Below are positions 1-32,579 of a stretch of DNA of 64,000 bases, piece by piece (within the stretch, counting starts at the first letter, position 1; each line of letters opens with the position of its first letter). Source of the DNA: Chrysomallon squamiferum (Eukaryota; Animalia; Mollusca); NCBI GenBank assembly GCA_012295275.1, contig CM022669.1, forward strand, positions 5,208,001-5,272,000, written 5' to 3'. The translations under genes were made by a program, and so were the position numbers. The notes below the pieces were generated by a model. The model searched no databases. It had not been told where the DNA came from and worked only from the letters and a program-made list of their open reading frames with translations.

Positions 1-1026
1 AATGTCAAGATATTCTATTGAGGATGAGGACAATGTGTATGTAGTGAGTCCATCGTAACTTGGTGTCCACACCTCCAGCAGCAGCCGCTGCAGATGTGGA
101 AGACTTTCCAAAACCTTGCTGAGAAGATGCTGAGGTAGAACCTGAAAAACAAAATACTTCTCCAATACCAAGTTTTTCAGTTTCTTCAGTCGACCCAAAA
201 ACTTAACAGAGTTGTTTGACCATTCAAATGGCAACACAAGAGTGGTCAGGTTTGGAGACATAGCAGTGAACTGGTCAAATAAGTGGACAAACTTTCTTTG
301 ACGTCGTCTGTGACTGCGAATTGCTTCACTACAGTGGTTGCAGGTCGCAGACTCAAGCCAGAACGGTTTGGACGGAGTTTCTTTCCAGTTCAGATGTGCA
401 TATCTGAGATCAAAAAAGGACAGATTGCTGAATAGTTTATTCAGCATATTGAGGAACCCATCAGATGAGTCTACAATGTCAAACTTGAATTCCAGGGTAT
501 GTACCCTAGGCTGCAGCTGCAAGATAAATGCCACGAACTGGTGAACCCTGTTTTTGTAACAGTCAAAACACTGCTGGCTTGCTGCATGAGGGGAGGAGGG
601 TAAACATCCTGAAGGCAGAGATGAGAAGAGAACATTGTTCCACAAAGATGGGGTCTTCAGAACAGAACTCCACTCTCGGCATACAGATGAAGCTAAGCCT
701 TTCTCCACATTTGACAGGTATGTAAAAATGTTCAGCTTACAGTCAAAGGGCAAATCCTGGAACTGCAGGATGCCACTGGATTGGATAAAATCAGGCTCTG
801 CTGATCTCACCTGACTGCACTCGGAGTCAGTCGTTTTATGCTCATCTGCAGAGTCACTGCCAGAGAACAAAGGGAAATTTGTGGCATGGTAGCGATTGAT
901 AGGAGAATTTTCAGGTGTGATGTTGGCAAGCTGTTTGGAGAGTGATGCTGCAGACTGGGTTCGTTTCCTTGATGATTTCTTGTGAGATCGTTTGGATGCT
1001 GCAATAACCTGACCCCTCGTTTCCAT
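1..1026 (-). CDS. F-box protein (likely F-box/LRR type), N-terminal part; runs off the left edge
   Basis: ATG at 1026 shortly after acceptor ttttatttcag (~1051). Manual translation METRGQVIAAS...FQDLPFDCKLNIFTYLSNVEKGLASSVCREWSSVLKTPSLWNNV is a typical F-box motif. Frame appears open to the edge, hence absent from the ORF track. Probable non-coding exon 1 ends at donor G|GTAAG ~3026. Confidence 0.85.
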   Translation of the reverse strand, partial: METRGQVIAASKRSHKKSSRKRTQSAASLSKQLANITPENSPINRYHATNFPLFSGSDSADEHKTTDSECSQVRSAEPDFIQSSGILQFQDLPFDCKLNIFTYLSNVEKGLASSVCREWSSVLKTPSLWNNVLFSSLPSGCLPSSPHAASQQCFDCYKNRVHQFVAFILQLQPRVHTLEFKFDIVDSSDGFLNMLNKLFSNLSFFDLRYAHLNWKETPSKPFWLESATCNHCSEAIRSHRRRQRKFVHLFDQFTAMSPNLTTLVLPFEWSNNSVKFLGRLKKLKNLVLEKYFVFQVLPQHLLSKVLESLPHLQRLLLEVWTPSYDGLTTYTLSSSSIEYLDI

Positions 1027-3947
1027 GCAGAAGGTTTATAGCAAAAATATCTGAAATAAAAACATCAGGTTTAAGCTTTTATAAAAAAAGAAAAATTTAA
1101 AAATTAAAATAAATAATGACTAAAACAAAAACAAAAACAAAAACAAAAAAAAAATAAAATAATAAAGTCATCATTGTTTAAATGTTTAATTTCATACTTA
1201 ACAGCAAACAATAACTAAGTTTCTAATAGAAGTTCAGTAAATTTTAATATGAATAGTGAAACATACTACTAAACAATTATGGAATCCTGACTGGAGAAGG
1301 AAATATTTATTATATAATGAAATAATATTCTTAATCATTTAATATTGTAAATCAATTAAAACTGTTCACTACTACTACTACTAATACTTATAAAATATTA
1401 TGTTTTTTTATTATTATTATTATTATTTCTTGTTGGATATGTCAGTTATAAATATGTGTGATGAGACAGAAAAATTTGATATATTTAGTTGTTTACAGAT
1501 TTGTCAAATATAAAAATTTAAAATTTAAAGATATTTTAAAATGTTTTTTATATGTTTATCTCACTAGATGTCATGTCTTTATAATGACAGTTACAAAAGA
1601 GTGAGCAAAAGGGTTGTTTGGTGCTTTATGTCAGTCCTTGGATTAGTATTTTCTAGTAAATTTATGCACTGGCTAATTACCCATTCCAATTAATGTACCA
1701 TGGATTTTCATGTTTAAAGGAATATATATCATATAAGAATACATAAAAAGATGCATCAATAAAAATAGCAAAGCAGTCTGATTTGATGACATTCATTTTC
1801 ATATCAAAACTGAATGATATCTCATGACCACTGAGGTATGAATTAAAATTAGTTTATGTATTAACTGTTAGTTTCTATTAATTGTTGTTAGGAATTTACA
1901 GAAAATCCATCATATAAAGATATTAATCACAAGTCAACCACATAATTATTATTTACTACTTGGCCGAGTCTAACCTAAATATGTAAATAATTTGTATAAA
2001 TACAACTGATATTTGCTACTAAAATTAATAAATTATTTGCAATGAGATTATTACATATGCTTACTTTTTAACATATGCTTTCAGTTTATCTTAAAATAAT
2101 TTAATCACATAAGTAAAAGTTAACAGTTTTTTTTACTGATGAGGAATTTTATATTTAGAATTTATGATAAGAACAAAAATATTTGCTCTTAATCATGTCA
2201 TCATTAATTCTAGACTGTGATTATTTTTTATTTCAATAACTTTAACATTCTGTCAGGGCTGAATTTTGAACACAAATAACTTTGCACTTAACAAAAATAT
2301 TTTACAAGTAGGGTGCTATTTGGTTTTTTCCTGTCAAAAATAACTGATTATTATAATTATTGTATTCTGGGTAACAGAATTAATTAATGCTCCTTTTTGA
2401 GCTAGTGTTTGGTGTCTGAAAGTGTGATTAAATTCAAGAAGTTATTTAGATGAGATTAAGACAGAGACAACAACAGTAATTTATTAAGGGATGATAAACA
2501 CTCCCTAAAATAATCAAGAGAGAACTATTTTTATTGTTTGAAAATCATACAAGGTAGACCTCATTTATTTCTGTACAGTGTAATTATCTATATTATTGTA
2601 TAATACATGGGCTCCTGAGTATACTTTACTTGGCATAAAATTATTACATTACAGGAGATTTATTATATTTATTATTATTATTATTATTAAATTTTTTTTT
2701 TAAAGAAATTTGTTAATGAGATTGATTCAGATCTGCCTTTTAGCTGATTTAATTATACAAAATTATAAAGTTAAGATAAATTAACATGGTTATAATAATT
2801 CCTGGCAAGATGATTTCTAAACTTAAGAGATCAACCGTGCAAAAAAAAGCCATTTTCACATCTGAGCCGTGATCTATCGACCTAACTCCAAAACACAGGC
2901 AAAAGCCTTCCACGATTCATGTTTCAGCTTGTGGCATGAAATGACCTTTATTGCAGTTAAAAATTATTGTCATTAATGACAATAAAATTAAGTAATATTA
3001 GTTAATATGCTAATCAATATCTTACCGTGTCATTCAGCTTTCAAAGAATAAAATAGTGACTGTATATGTAGAGGAAGAAAGAATCGATTTCAGGACATTA
3101 CGTCAACAGCGACAACCTTTTTGTAGACTGATTGACAGTAAAACAGCATATTACTTCAAAGCAGCGCATCATTGTGTGTGCGCAGTCCTTTCAATAGAAA
3201 CATTTCCTTAAGATACCAAGACTCTTAGACTGTATTGTGTAAGATGTGCTTCTAAATTAAAATTGCCGTATGAGATCAAACATTGAAATAAACATATTTT
3301 CGAAAACTCATTCAGTTTAGAAATCTTTAGTTTATTAAATTAAATTATGTTTTATTCCTCCCCAGCCATGCAGCCGTATAATAGTCAAAAAGAATTCTTA
3401 GTAGTCTGAAGTGACATGTTATCGTTAAAGATTTGAAACCGACAAACCGTAAAAAAATACTGAACTGAACTAAACTAAAATAAAATAATACATATAAATT
3501 TGACGTAACCATTCACATTCATCATCACTTAGTGTTACTTGTTGTTGTTTTTTTGCAGTGAAGCAATCTTAAGTCTATTTATGTCAGACATCTAATGATC
3601 TACATTGTTACTGTATGATTGTATATACATAAACATCTACTAAATCTAGTCTAGACCTATGACCAATATTATTTATAAAAGTGGTATTTGTCATGCTACA
3701 AGTCAGGGTAATTAAAGCCAATAAGGCTGATATTTACTATTTCTTTTCCATTTTTTTTTTTTTTTTTTTTCTTTTTTTTTGATAATATAATACAATTAAT
3801 ATTTGTTTCCAAAATTATAACAATGAATAAATATCAATATGTGTACCTTTTTTATTAATATTTTTAAAAATTTATTTTAATATTTCGTTTTTATCTGTTT
3901 CAGAAATATGTTGACCTGTGACTGAAGATGTGGCCACAGATTACAAG

Positions 3948-5392
3948 ATGACAACAGATAAAGGTATTATGCAGATGTTCCAACTAGCAGCAGCATTGAA
4001 AAACTGCACCACTCTGTTTGACATATCCAGTAAAATAGAAAAACTTTCTTCAGAGAATATCGTGTCATGTCTGAATTCATCTGAGATGCCAGGACTGCTT
4101 TTTCAGATTATTAACATTGGGGTCATCCATGAACTACCAAACAAAGAACAGTATGAATATAATGAAAATGATTTCAGTGGAACTGCAGATAAAACTGAAG
4201 CAGTGTTAACCTGTTTCTTGTCATTGTTCACGCATTTTAACAGCATTAAAAATCTTGACAATGCTGGGAATCGGTGTCTTAAAAATGTTTTGCCGAGTTT
4301 GTTGTTGTTAGTTTCGGCTAATGTGCACCCTGCTGCTTGGAATAATGACAGAGTTACTGAGAGAAGTTTGTTGTTGATAGAAAATCTTCTGAAACTTTAC
4401 AGCTGTAACACTGTAGGAGAAATTTAACACTGAGGTGTGATACTCAGGATTCTGAATATATTTCTCCAAATCGAACAATCTTTAGTAAATATCTACAACT
4501 AGTAAAACCATTTTTAGGAAGAGACAGATGGAAAAGAAACCCATTTGTAAAAGCATCTTTTGTGTGGATTTTATCACAAGCAAAGCAATTGTCTATAAGT
4601 GAACATTTGGGAGATGTTTTACCTCCTGCCCTGAACTTTGTAGATGATTTTGTTATTGACAATAAAATATCTGGGATGAAATGTCTAAGTCACATAATTG
4701 CCAACACCTCTTCTGAAGAGTTGCGATGGTATGGCAGAGCAGATGTTGTTTATGAAGCAGTCAAGCATCAGCTTTACACCAAAAATGCCAATTTGCTGAC
4801 TGATGTCATTCCTACTTTACTAACTTTGATGAAAATCATTGAACGTACTCCTGATAACATTCATTCTGGTCACTTGCTTGAAATCAACAAATTTGATGAG
4901 GTTTTTCAGATGCTTATTAAAGATGCTGAGATGGAAAACAATATTTTTATTAGGCGTGCACTGACATCACATTTATGGATGTTTGTTGATGAAATGGGAA
5001 TCAGTGTTGTTAGACACATGAGAAGTGTTATAGACCTTGTGTCAAACTTTCTAGAAATTTCTGATGCACCAGAAGAAAGTTCTAGATTGAATGTTCTTAT
5101 ACTGCTAGCTTCACTCATCAAGAATGCATGGCCTAGAATACACATTTATTGTAAGCAAATACTAAAGTGCCTGTTGAGGTTCGTGTATGATCTTGCTGAT
5201 TCTGAAACCTTGAACTCTCAGGAGGTGAAGGACATGCTAGTTAAGAAGTCTGAATACTGTTTGATTTTACTACGGTGTTGTTGTAAGGACATTGTTGAGT
5301 CTTCTCTCCATGAACTTAATGCAGATGAAACTCCTGAGTGCATTAGAGATATTGTTGTAAAGATTTTACACACTGATCCACCATTTCACTAG
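3948..5392 (+). CDS. TTI2: TELO2-interacting protein 2 (TTT complex), single coding exon broken by a 1-nt frameshift at ~4423-4425
   Basis: ORFs 3918-4427 and 4562-5392. The second frame extends back to ~4421 and gives LVKPFLGRDRWKRNPFVKASFVWIL, HLGDVLPPAL..DDF, ELRWYGRADVVY, AWPRI, which I recognise as TTI2 motifs. Acceptor tttcag at 3903. Confidence 0.85.
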
Positions 5393-8003
5393 GATTAAAG
5401 CTATTTAAAATAAAAAGAATTAGTTCTAAGACAGACACACACAAACATTTACATATACACACCACAAACATACATAAACACACAAACACAAGTCCATTAA
5501 CTATTTCAGTATTTACATTTATCTGCTGTGCATCAATCTTTTCACTGAAATTTACCCATGAATATATTTTTTTATATGCTGTATTTTGGTGGAAAAAAAA
5601 TTATGGTGAAAACTGCTCAAAGTTTAACCTTGTTGAGGCATGAAGAACTTAAGGTCATTCTTCTGAAAGGATGTCAATAGGTTACTTTTCATTTCTGAAA
5701 GTGCTCCAAGATTGGTGTAAAATTTTATATTATAAGTGAGATGTTGTATTTTATTCCAACCAGTGCTACAACACTAGCATATAATAAATGTTTGTTTTTG
5801 TGTCTGTCTGTGTCTATTATATGTATATATGTCTATCTGTATGTATATGTGTCTGTGTATGGATATATATATGTGTATGTGTGTGGGAAGATAATATTTA
5901 TCTAATACATAACTTGCAAATTGTATAGCAGACTGGAAACAGATGGTTTCCTTTTCAAAACTCTTTACCATTACAAAATTGTTTAATGGTAATATTAGTA
6001 ATGTTAACTCAATGTTTATATAAATATCCATTAATAAATAAAATATTAGTTTACAAGCATTACTATTCAAGTTAAAACTAAGACTATCAGTAATGGTAGG
6101 ACAACATCTGTTTCACTTCAAATTATTAATGTTTTGCAAAAAATAAAGTGAATAATTATGCAAAAACATTAAAAAAAAAAAAAAAAAAAAAAAATTCCAT
6201 AAGTTTTAATTTGAATAGTCATGCTTGTAAACTAATATTTTATTTATTTTATATAAATGTACCATAATCAGTTTCGGCTGTTAATTCCATTCTTGATCAG
6301 TAGTTAACCAAAATGTATCTTGTTTCAAGAACAATTATATATTGCCAGCTGCAGATTGCAGTGAACTCATGATTAACGAATTTCAGAAAAACAAAAACAA
6401 AACAAAACAAAGCAAAAAATAAAAATAAAAATAAAACACATGCACAGATTTATGTATATTTTTTTTTTTTTTTTTTATTTTTTTTTGTAGTTGTAAAAAG
6501 TAAATAAACCCACCCACCCTAAAAAAAAAAAAGAAGAAAACAAAAACAATTTAATATTTATTGCATGAAGCCAGCAGCACAAACATACAGTAACAAATGA
6601 TCACAGAAACATTTCATAACAAGTTTAAAAATGTATAAAGTTATATAACTTGCACCAAAAACAACAAATACTTAATGTGATATATGTGCAGCCAACCATC
6701 CACCAAATACACATAGAACTGCAGCAATAGCAGGATATTATAAATGTAATATAAACAGCCAATAAAAAATTGTAATATAAATGTCAAATCTACAAACAAA
6801 CAAAAAAAAAGATTTTGTATTACAAGTAACCTATTGCATAGATTTTGATTCACTACTAGTTTTGGAAATGAAAGTTTTGTCTATGTAAACAAATATACAG
6901 TGTACATTATAAAATCTGAATGATTTCAAAGTCCCTTCCAATTAGATCTACAATAATAAAACATTTTCTAGCAAATATTTCATGAAATGTGTTTGAGATT
7001 TCTGATCTAAATTAAAGAACAAATTCTGATTAGAGCTCTTAGCTTTGCACATACTTTTATCTTTCAAGTAACAATTTCCATTTAGTTTGAATCTCTCTGT
7101 GATAATTTATCTACTGCTCTTTTTTGAGCGATTGTAACTAGCAGGTATTTGATTAATAAGGAACCGTTAGTTCGACATTTTATTTATGTTGGCACTTTCT
7201 ACTCATGATACTGAAAGAATAATAACCGAGTGAAATGTTATTGGTCCCATGTCTATTCTGTTTTGAAACAGTTCTGTGTGTGTGTTTGTGTGTGTATTTT
7301 TTATTTATTTTTATACATTCATGTATGTATTTGCCCAAGTCTTGAGGATAAGATTGCAATTTATTGTAAATACAAAATTAATATATTTTAACAGCAATAT
7401 TCAGTTATGAAAAATGATGTTTTATGAAATGTTAAATGGAATGACAAAATATTCTAAGGAATAAAATACTGTTAAAGAAAACAAAGTAAATAAATATAAA
7501 AACAAAATCTTTAAATACAAAAGAGTTAAATTGCTCTGAAAAATCTATTACACATTATTAGGTAATGTGAAGTTTTGATTATATTATTGTATATAATTTC
7601 ACTGTTGCGAGCTTTATGTTTTCATTATCATGACATTCCTAACAGCATCATTATCATGTAACAAAACACTGTAATTGAATGTATCACCATTATTACCATT
7701 GAATTACCGGGATAACCATATGCATGCCTATATATAAATATCTTTTGTATTTTCCACATATGGTCAGAAAATAATAAAAAATTACATTTGCATGTGGATT
7801 AAAATTTATATTGTAAACCCTAGCACCAACTAATTTACCCTGATTTTAAATATTTATATATATATATATATATATATTGATGATCTGACTCCAAGATTTT
7901 ATCAGATCTCTGGGGCAGGAACATATAAAGATTTAATCTTCAGTGTTCCACCCCATGAATATTTAAATCTGATATGCACCTATGTAGGTACTATTTTGAT
8001 TAG

Positions 8004-9083
8004 TTACGGAGATTCAGGCTTCACTACTGGGCAAAGTGGTATTTTCACTGAATCTGAAAGAAATAAAATCGCCGTTACTGTGCTAAAACCCAACAAAAGG
8101 AAAAGCACTTTTAACAGTCGATTGTGGTGTGAATTGAATTCATGAGGAAGGACTTCGAAAAATGTAATATACAGAAAGGTTCCACTTGCAACTCCCTGTA
8201 GGATTCCTTGTACCAATGTCGATGTTGTTGAATCCCAAAATTTCATGATCCCAATCCCTATAGCTATGCCAACTGGTGCTGTAATAGCAAAAATAAGAAT
8301 TGATCTTATTGCTGTTCCTTCGGACAATCTGGTATGTACAAGGTTCATGCCTAAACTGAAACTTAAAATGCCTTTGTGTAATACAAGGGCAGCAAATATT
8401 TCCAGTACACCATCGGTGCTTTTCTGTAAACCAACAGCAAGTCCTTCAAAAACCGAGTGTAGAGACAGTGCTAACAACAGTATCAGCGATCGTAGTGGTG
8501 AATGACCTTCTGTGTCTTCGTTTTGGGTGAGGACAGTGGTCACGTCGTGACATTCGTCTGTAGTGGACAGTTTTCTGGCGTGTGCTGTTCTTGGTTGATT
8601 GCTTATACCAGACATGGAATGTTCGCTCTGTATTGATTCTGTCAATTCCGGTCTGTCGTCTGAGAGAAGTGGTTGTTTAACTTCTGCAGACAGCACTTTA
8701 TGAGATTCTTTCACTGTTAAAACGATCTGTTCGGTTATCAGTATAGCGAATAGTCCCAAGCAGGAAATGAATTCCGCTATTGGAAATCCAGTATAAACTT
8801 TAAAACTGTCCAAAACACTTGTTAGCTGTCGTTGTACCCCTGGTAGAAGATCCAGAAAACATGTCGCTAAGAAAACGCCTGCCGCAAAACAATTTAAGAA
8901 ACTGATGACACGTTTGTAAGTCGGCAAAGTTTCCGCCTCTTCGTCCGTTTCATCGCGTTTCTTAGATTTTCGAGCTCTCCGTTTAAAAACATGTACAAGT
9001 TTTATTGGAATCACTCCCAGAATAAATGTAAATGCCAACAAAACCACCAAAACTATCAATTTTGTATACTCCACTGACACCAT
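8004..9083 (-). CDS. ZIP-family zinc transporter, subfamily II (ZIP1/ZIP3-like), intronless
   Basis: 359-aa multi-TM ORF with CFAAGVFLATCFLDLLP, ALSLHSVFEGLAVG, LHKGILSF and GTFLYITFFEVLPHE signature motifs. Confidence 0.95.
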   Translation of the reverse strand: MVSVEYTKLIVLVVLLAFTFILGVIPIKLVHVFKRRARKSKKRDETDEEAETLPTYKRVISFLNCFAAGVFLATCFLDLLPGVQRQLTSVLDSFKVYTGFPIAEFISCLGLFAILITEQIVLTVKESHKVLSAEVKQPLLSDDRPELTESIQSEHSMSGISNQPRTAHARKLSTTDECHDVTTVLTQNEDTEGHSPLRSLILLLALSLHSVFEGLAVGLQKSTDGVLEIFAALVLHKGILSFSLGMNLVHTRLSEGTAIRSILIFAITAPVGIAIGIGIMKFWDSTTSTLVQGILQGVASGTFLYITFFEVLPHEFNSHHNRLLKVLFLLLGFSTVTAILFLSDSVKIPLCPVVKPESP

Positions 9084-9624
9084 CGTTCTTCAAATACAAA
9101 ATGCACCCTTTCAGGTGTTTGCCAGATGCGAGATAAACATTTTGTGACAAGTGACTGATCTAGTTTCGGTCCGTACGTGACTTTACTCATCCGCGGCAAA
9201 CGTTTGGATATGATCGAGACTACCGGAAGGAAGTGCGAATTATTAGTATTATCATCCTAACCTGAGCAAGCCATTAAGAAATGTTTATTACTACAAGGAG
9301 ACTTCCCGATTAGAACCCTGGAGTCTTTGTATGTGCGAAATTAATGTCAATAAAAACAAATACAGTGAAGTACATATAAATGCTCAGATGCTTTTTCATC
9401 ATTTAGTGCCCTTAATAACTTGCACTACACTGACTATGCAGCGATTTACATCCACTTATTTCCAAGAGGAAGTTACTCCAGTTTATAAGTAGACCCACCA
9501 ATTTTATATATATATATATACAGTTTCAAATCTAACCATTAGTTCCGAAGTACATAAACATTTTAACAAAAGATCTAACAAATGCTTTTTATTAAATTAC
9601 AAACTGTCCAGAATTCACGTATGC

Positions 9625-9993
9625 TGTATAATTTGCGTAGCAATCATTAAATTTTTTTAAATTAAACCCTATCTTGAAAGATTGGTTAGTAAATTCATGA
9701 TTAGAATAGCAACTGAACACCAAGAACACATAAAAACCATATAATCTTAGTAATGTTCAATGAAACATTTTCCTGATGTTAGAACTGTGAAAAACAATTA
9801 TGAAGTGAATGTATAATTTGTGTAGCAATCATTAAATTTTTCAAAGTCAACCCTATCTTGAAAGATTGGTTAGTAAATTCATGATTAGAATAGCAATTTA
9901 ATATCAAGAACACATAAAAACCATATAATCTTAGTAATGTTCAATGAAACATTTTCCTGATGTTAGAACTGTGAAAAACAATTCTGTAGTGAA
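9625..9993. repeat. Two-copy tandem duplication, ~185-bp unit
   Basis: tgtataatttg.gtagcaatcattaaattt...gttagaactgtgaaaaacaatt starts at 9625 and at 9810 with few mismatches. Confidence 0.9.
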
Positions 9994-10123
9994 TTAATAA
10001 TTTTCTCTTAAAATTTAGAAATTATCTTCTGACAGAAAATATATTAAAAAAAGCAACTTAATAAATAACAAACAGGAACAAATTTTAAACTTTTTTTTTA
10101 ATGTGTCTTTAGCTAGCAACATT

Positions 10124-14813
<4,690 letters not shown>

Positions 14814-15372
14814 GGTCGCGTCTGAAAAATCAAAACAAAATAATTATTTATCATCTTTTACGCATACCATGGTCAGCCGACTGAAGTTTGAGCGAATCAA
14901 AAATCAGCATAAAAAAATAAAAAAATTACATAATTTCTTTAATATGACACATACTTAATCTTAGATAAGAAAATTAATTTCACAAACTTAAAAATTAAAG
15001 TTAAAAATAATAATAAAATAAAAAATAAAAACGAAAACAAAATTACATAATTTTAAATGAGCAGGCATAAAACACTGCATTTACTTTGTATATAATTATG
15101 TATCTGATACTGAATATAATTTTAAAACATTTTGCGAACAGATGATGAATGTTCTAAAAGTATGGTCTCTTTAGCTAACCCGTTTTCACTGCACGATACC
15201 ATTCGGCATCTGCTCAACTGGTTTATATTAATAAATCTCAAAAATAAACGAACTGCATATTTCAGATATTATTAAACAAGTACTATGAAAGTCTAAACTG
15301 TACTAATTTGTTTATTTCACCCTTCGATCAGTTGGATTAAGATATCTTTATTTTCTGTTAAGAAATACCAAC

Positions 15373-15405
15373 CTGACTTAACCGGAAGTGCAGGTAAAAA
15401 GGAAG
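15373..15405 (-). promoter_or_regulatory. RPL17 non-coding exon 1 with 5'TOP/TCT initiator and ETS-like site
   Basis: Minus strand CTTCCTTTTTACC (15405 downwards), ACCGGAAGTG motif at 15381-15390, donor CAG|GTTGGT at 15373/15372. Confidence 0.8.
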
Positions 15406-15843
15406 TTTATATTTATTAATGTTTGGTTATCTGCCCCTGTGTAGTAAAACATTTACATAATCATTATGAGACTACTTTGTTTTTTGGTCTGTTGTATAAA
15501 ATAAAATAACTGATCATATGTATTTTTCATAAAGAAATATAGAATTTCTCAAAGCAAATTTTATTTTAATATTAATAATGTGATGACAAAGTATGGATAT
15601 ATTCTTAACTTTTGTAATTTTATAACAGTACTTGTGAAATGTGAATTACTGTGTTATAAGTAAAGGACAAAAAATCTAAATATATACATAACCTAATTTA
15701 TTTGTTTTTATACCAAGTAAAATATAAGTAAATAATATATATTGTCAGTTCGTTGTTCTATAATTTTTATTTATTTATTTATTTTTCTTAGAAACAATGG
15801 TCGCGTACATATTCTAAAATAAAGGAGGTGAAGAACTACAATA

Positions 15844-15891
<48 letters not shown>

Positions 15892-17016
15892 CACTTTACA
15901 ATGGCAAAATCAAACGCAAAAACATGTTTTATACTACTCACCTAGCAGATCAGCTGATCTCGTAGAAACATTCAGAATTGTTTTTACCGTCTTTATTAAG
16001 GAAAGATATATTCTGAAACATTATTTAAACATAAATCAGTCAAGGAGAATTAACTGACTGATATAATTACTTAGTCTGGAAGAAACATTCAGCTCATAAT
16101 TTGAAGAATATCGTATCATTATTACTATTTCAGGAATGATTAAACAGGCACGGTGTTAACGATCGAACTGAAACAGTTTAGAATGTATACTGTATTTCAC
16201 ATAGTAATTGTTGGTATATACGGTTTCTAGTCTCATTAACAGCTTACCTAAAACAATATATAAGATTTGTTTTCATTCTTATTATTTAATCGTTGGTAAT
16301 AAAATTTACTGACTAATAATAATAATAATAATAATAACAACAACAGTAATATATATATATGTGTGTGTGAGTGTGTGTAGGTAGAAAGACAATATAAATA
16401 TAAATAAAATGTATAAAATGGTAAAGAAATGACAGTATCAAAGTGATACTGCACGTAGGGCCTAAATGGGTAAATCACTTACAAGGCCGTAAAAATGGAA
16501 ATACATGAGTTTACCTTCCATACGTCGATAAAGCTAATGATGAAACTCTTTCAAGCGTCTCGGCCAGAAAACATATAATTCAGTTCAGAAAACTTAAAAT
16601 AAGATTAGATTTTAGTATTTGTAAGTACGCGCGTCTATGCAGTCTTTACTCGTTGTATTTTATGTATCGCTGGAATTATTATTTTCTCGAAGGGTGGAGT
16701 GTGATTAAATTAAGTTTCATGACAACTAATTAGTGTTTGATATTACAATTTACAATGCATATTTCGGGTTTTATCTTTCAGATCATCTGAACACCTGGTA
16801 TGATCTAACGAATCCGCAATTTGCCGAGGCGTTCCGAATGATTCACGAGGTGCGCTGTGCGTCACTTCCGACTATTATGGTATGGAGGAATATATGCACA
16901 TTTTGTTCACTGCTGTCATTTACTCGTGAAAAGGAAACTCCGACATTACAGACTTGTTTTGATATAACATCTAACCTACTAATGGTATAATCGTTGCTTT
17001 TCATCCAGTTACAACC

Positions 17017-32579
<15,563 letters not shown>

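Noticed and set aside
338-1004. Short ORFs 338-544, 528-725, 807-1004 (likewise 4444, 4906, 8245, 18548, 53831, 58095)
   Set aside because: Antisense or off-frame shadows of real coding exons.
4420-4426. AAAUUUA slippery heptamer for programmed -1 frameshifting in TTI2
   Set aside because: The heptamer is phased in the destination frame, not the incoming frame, so it does not fit the X XXY YYZ rule.
9102-9108. Metal-response element TGCACCC next to the ZIP start
   Set aside because: Single 7-mer, expected by chance.
14841-14920. C/D snoRNA (U58-like) in an RPL17 intron
   Set aside because: Only degenerate boxes (AUGCUGA, AUGA) and no convincing rRNA antisense element.
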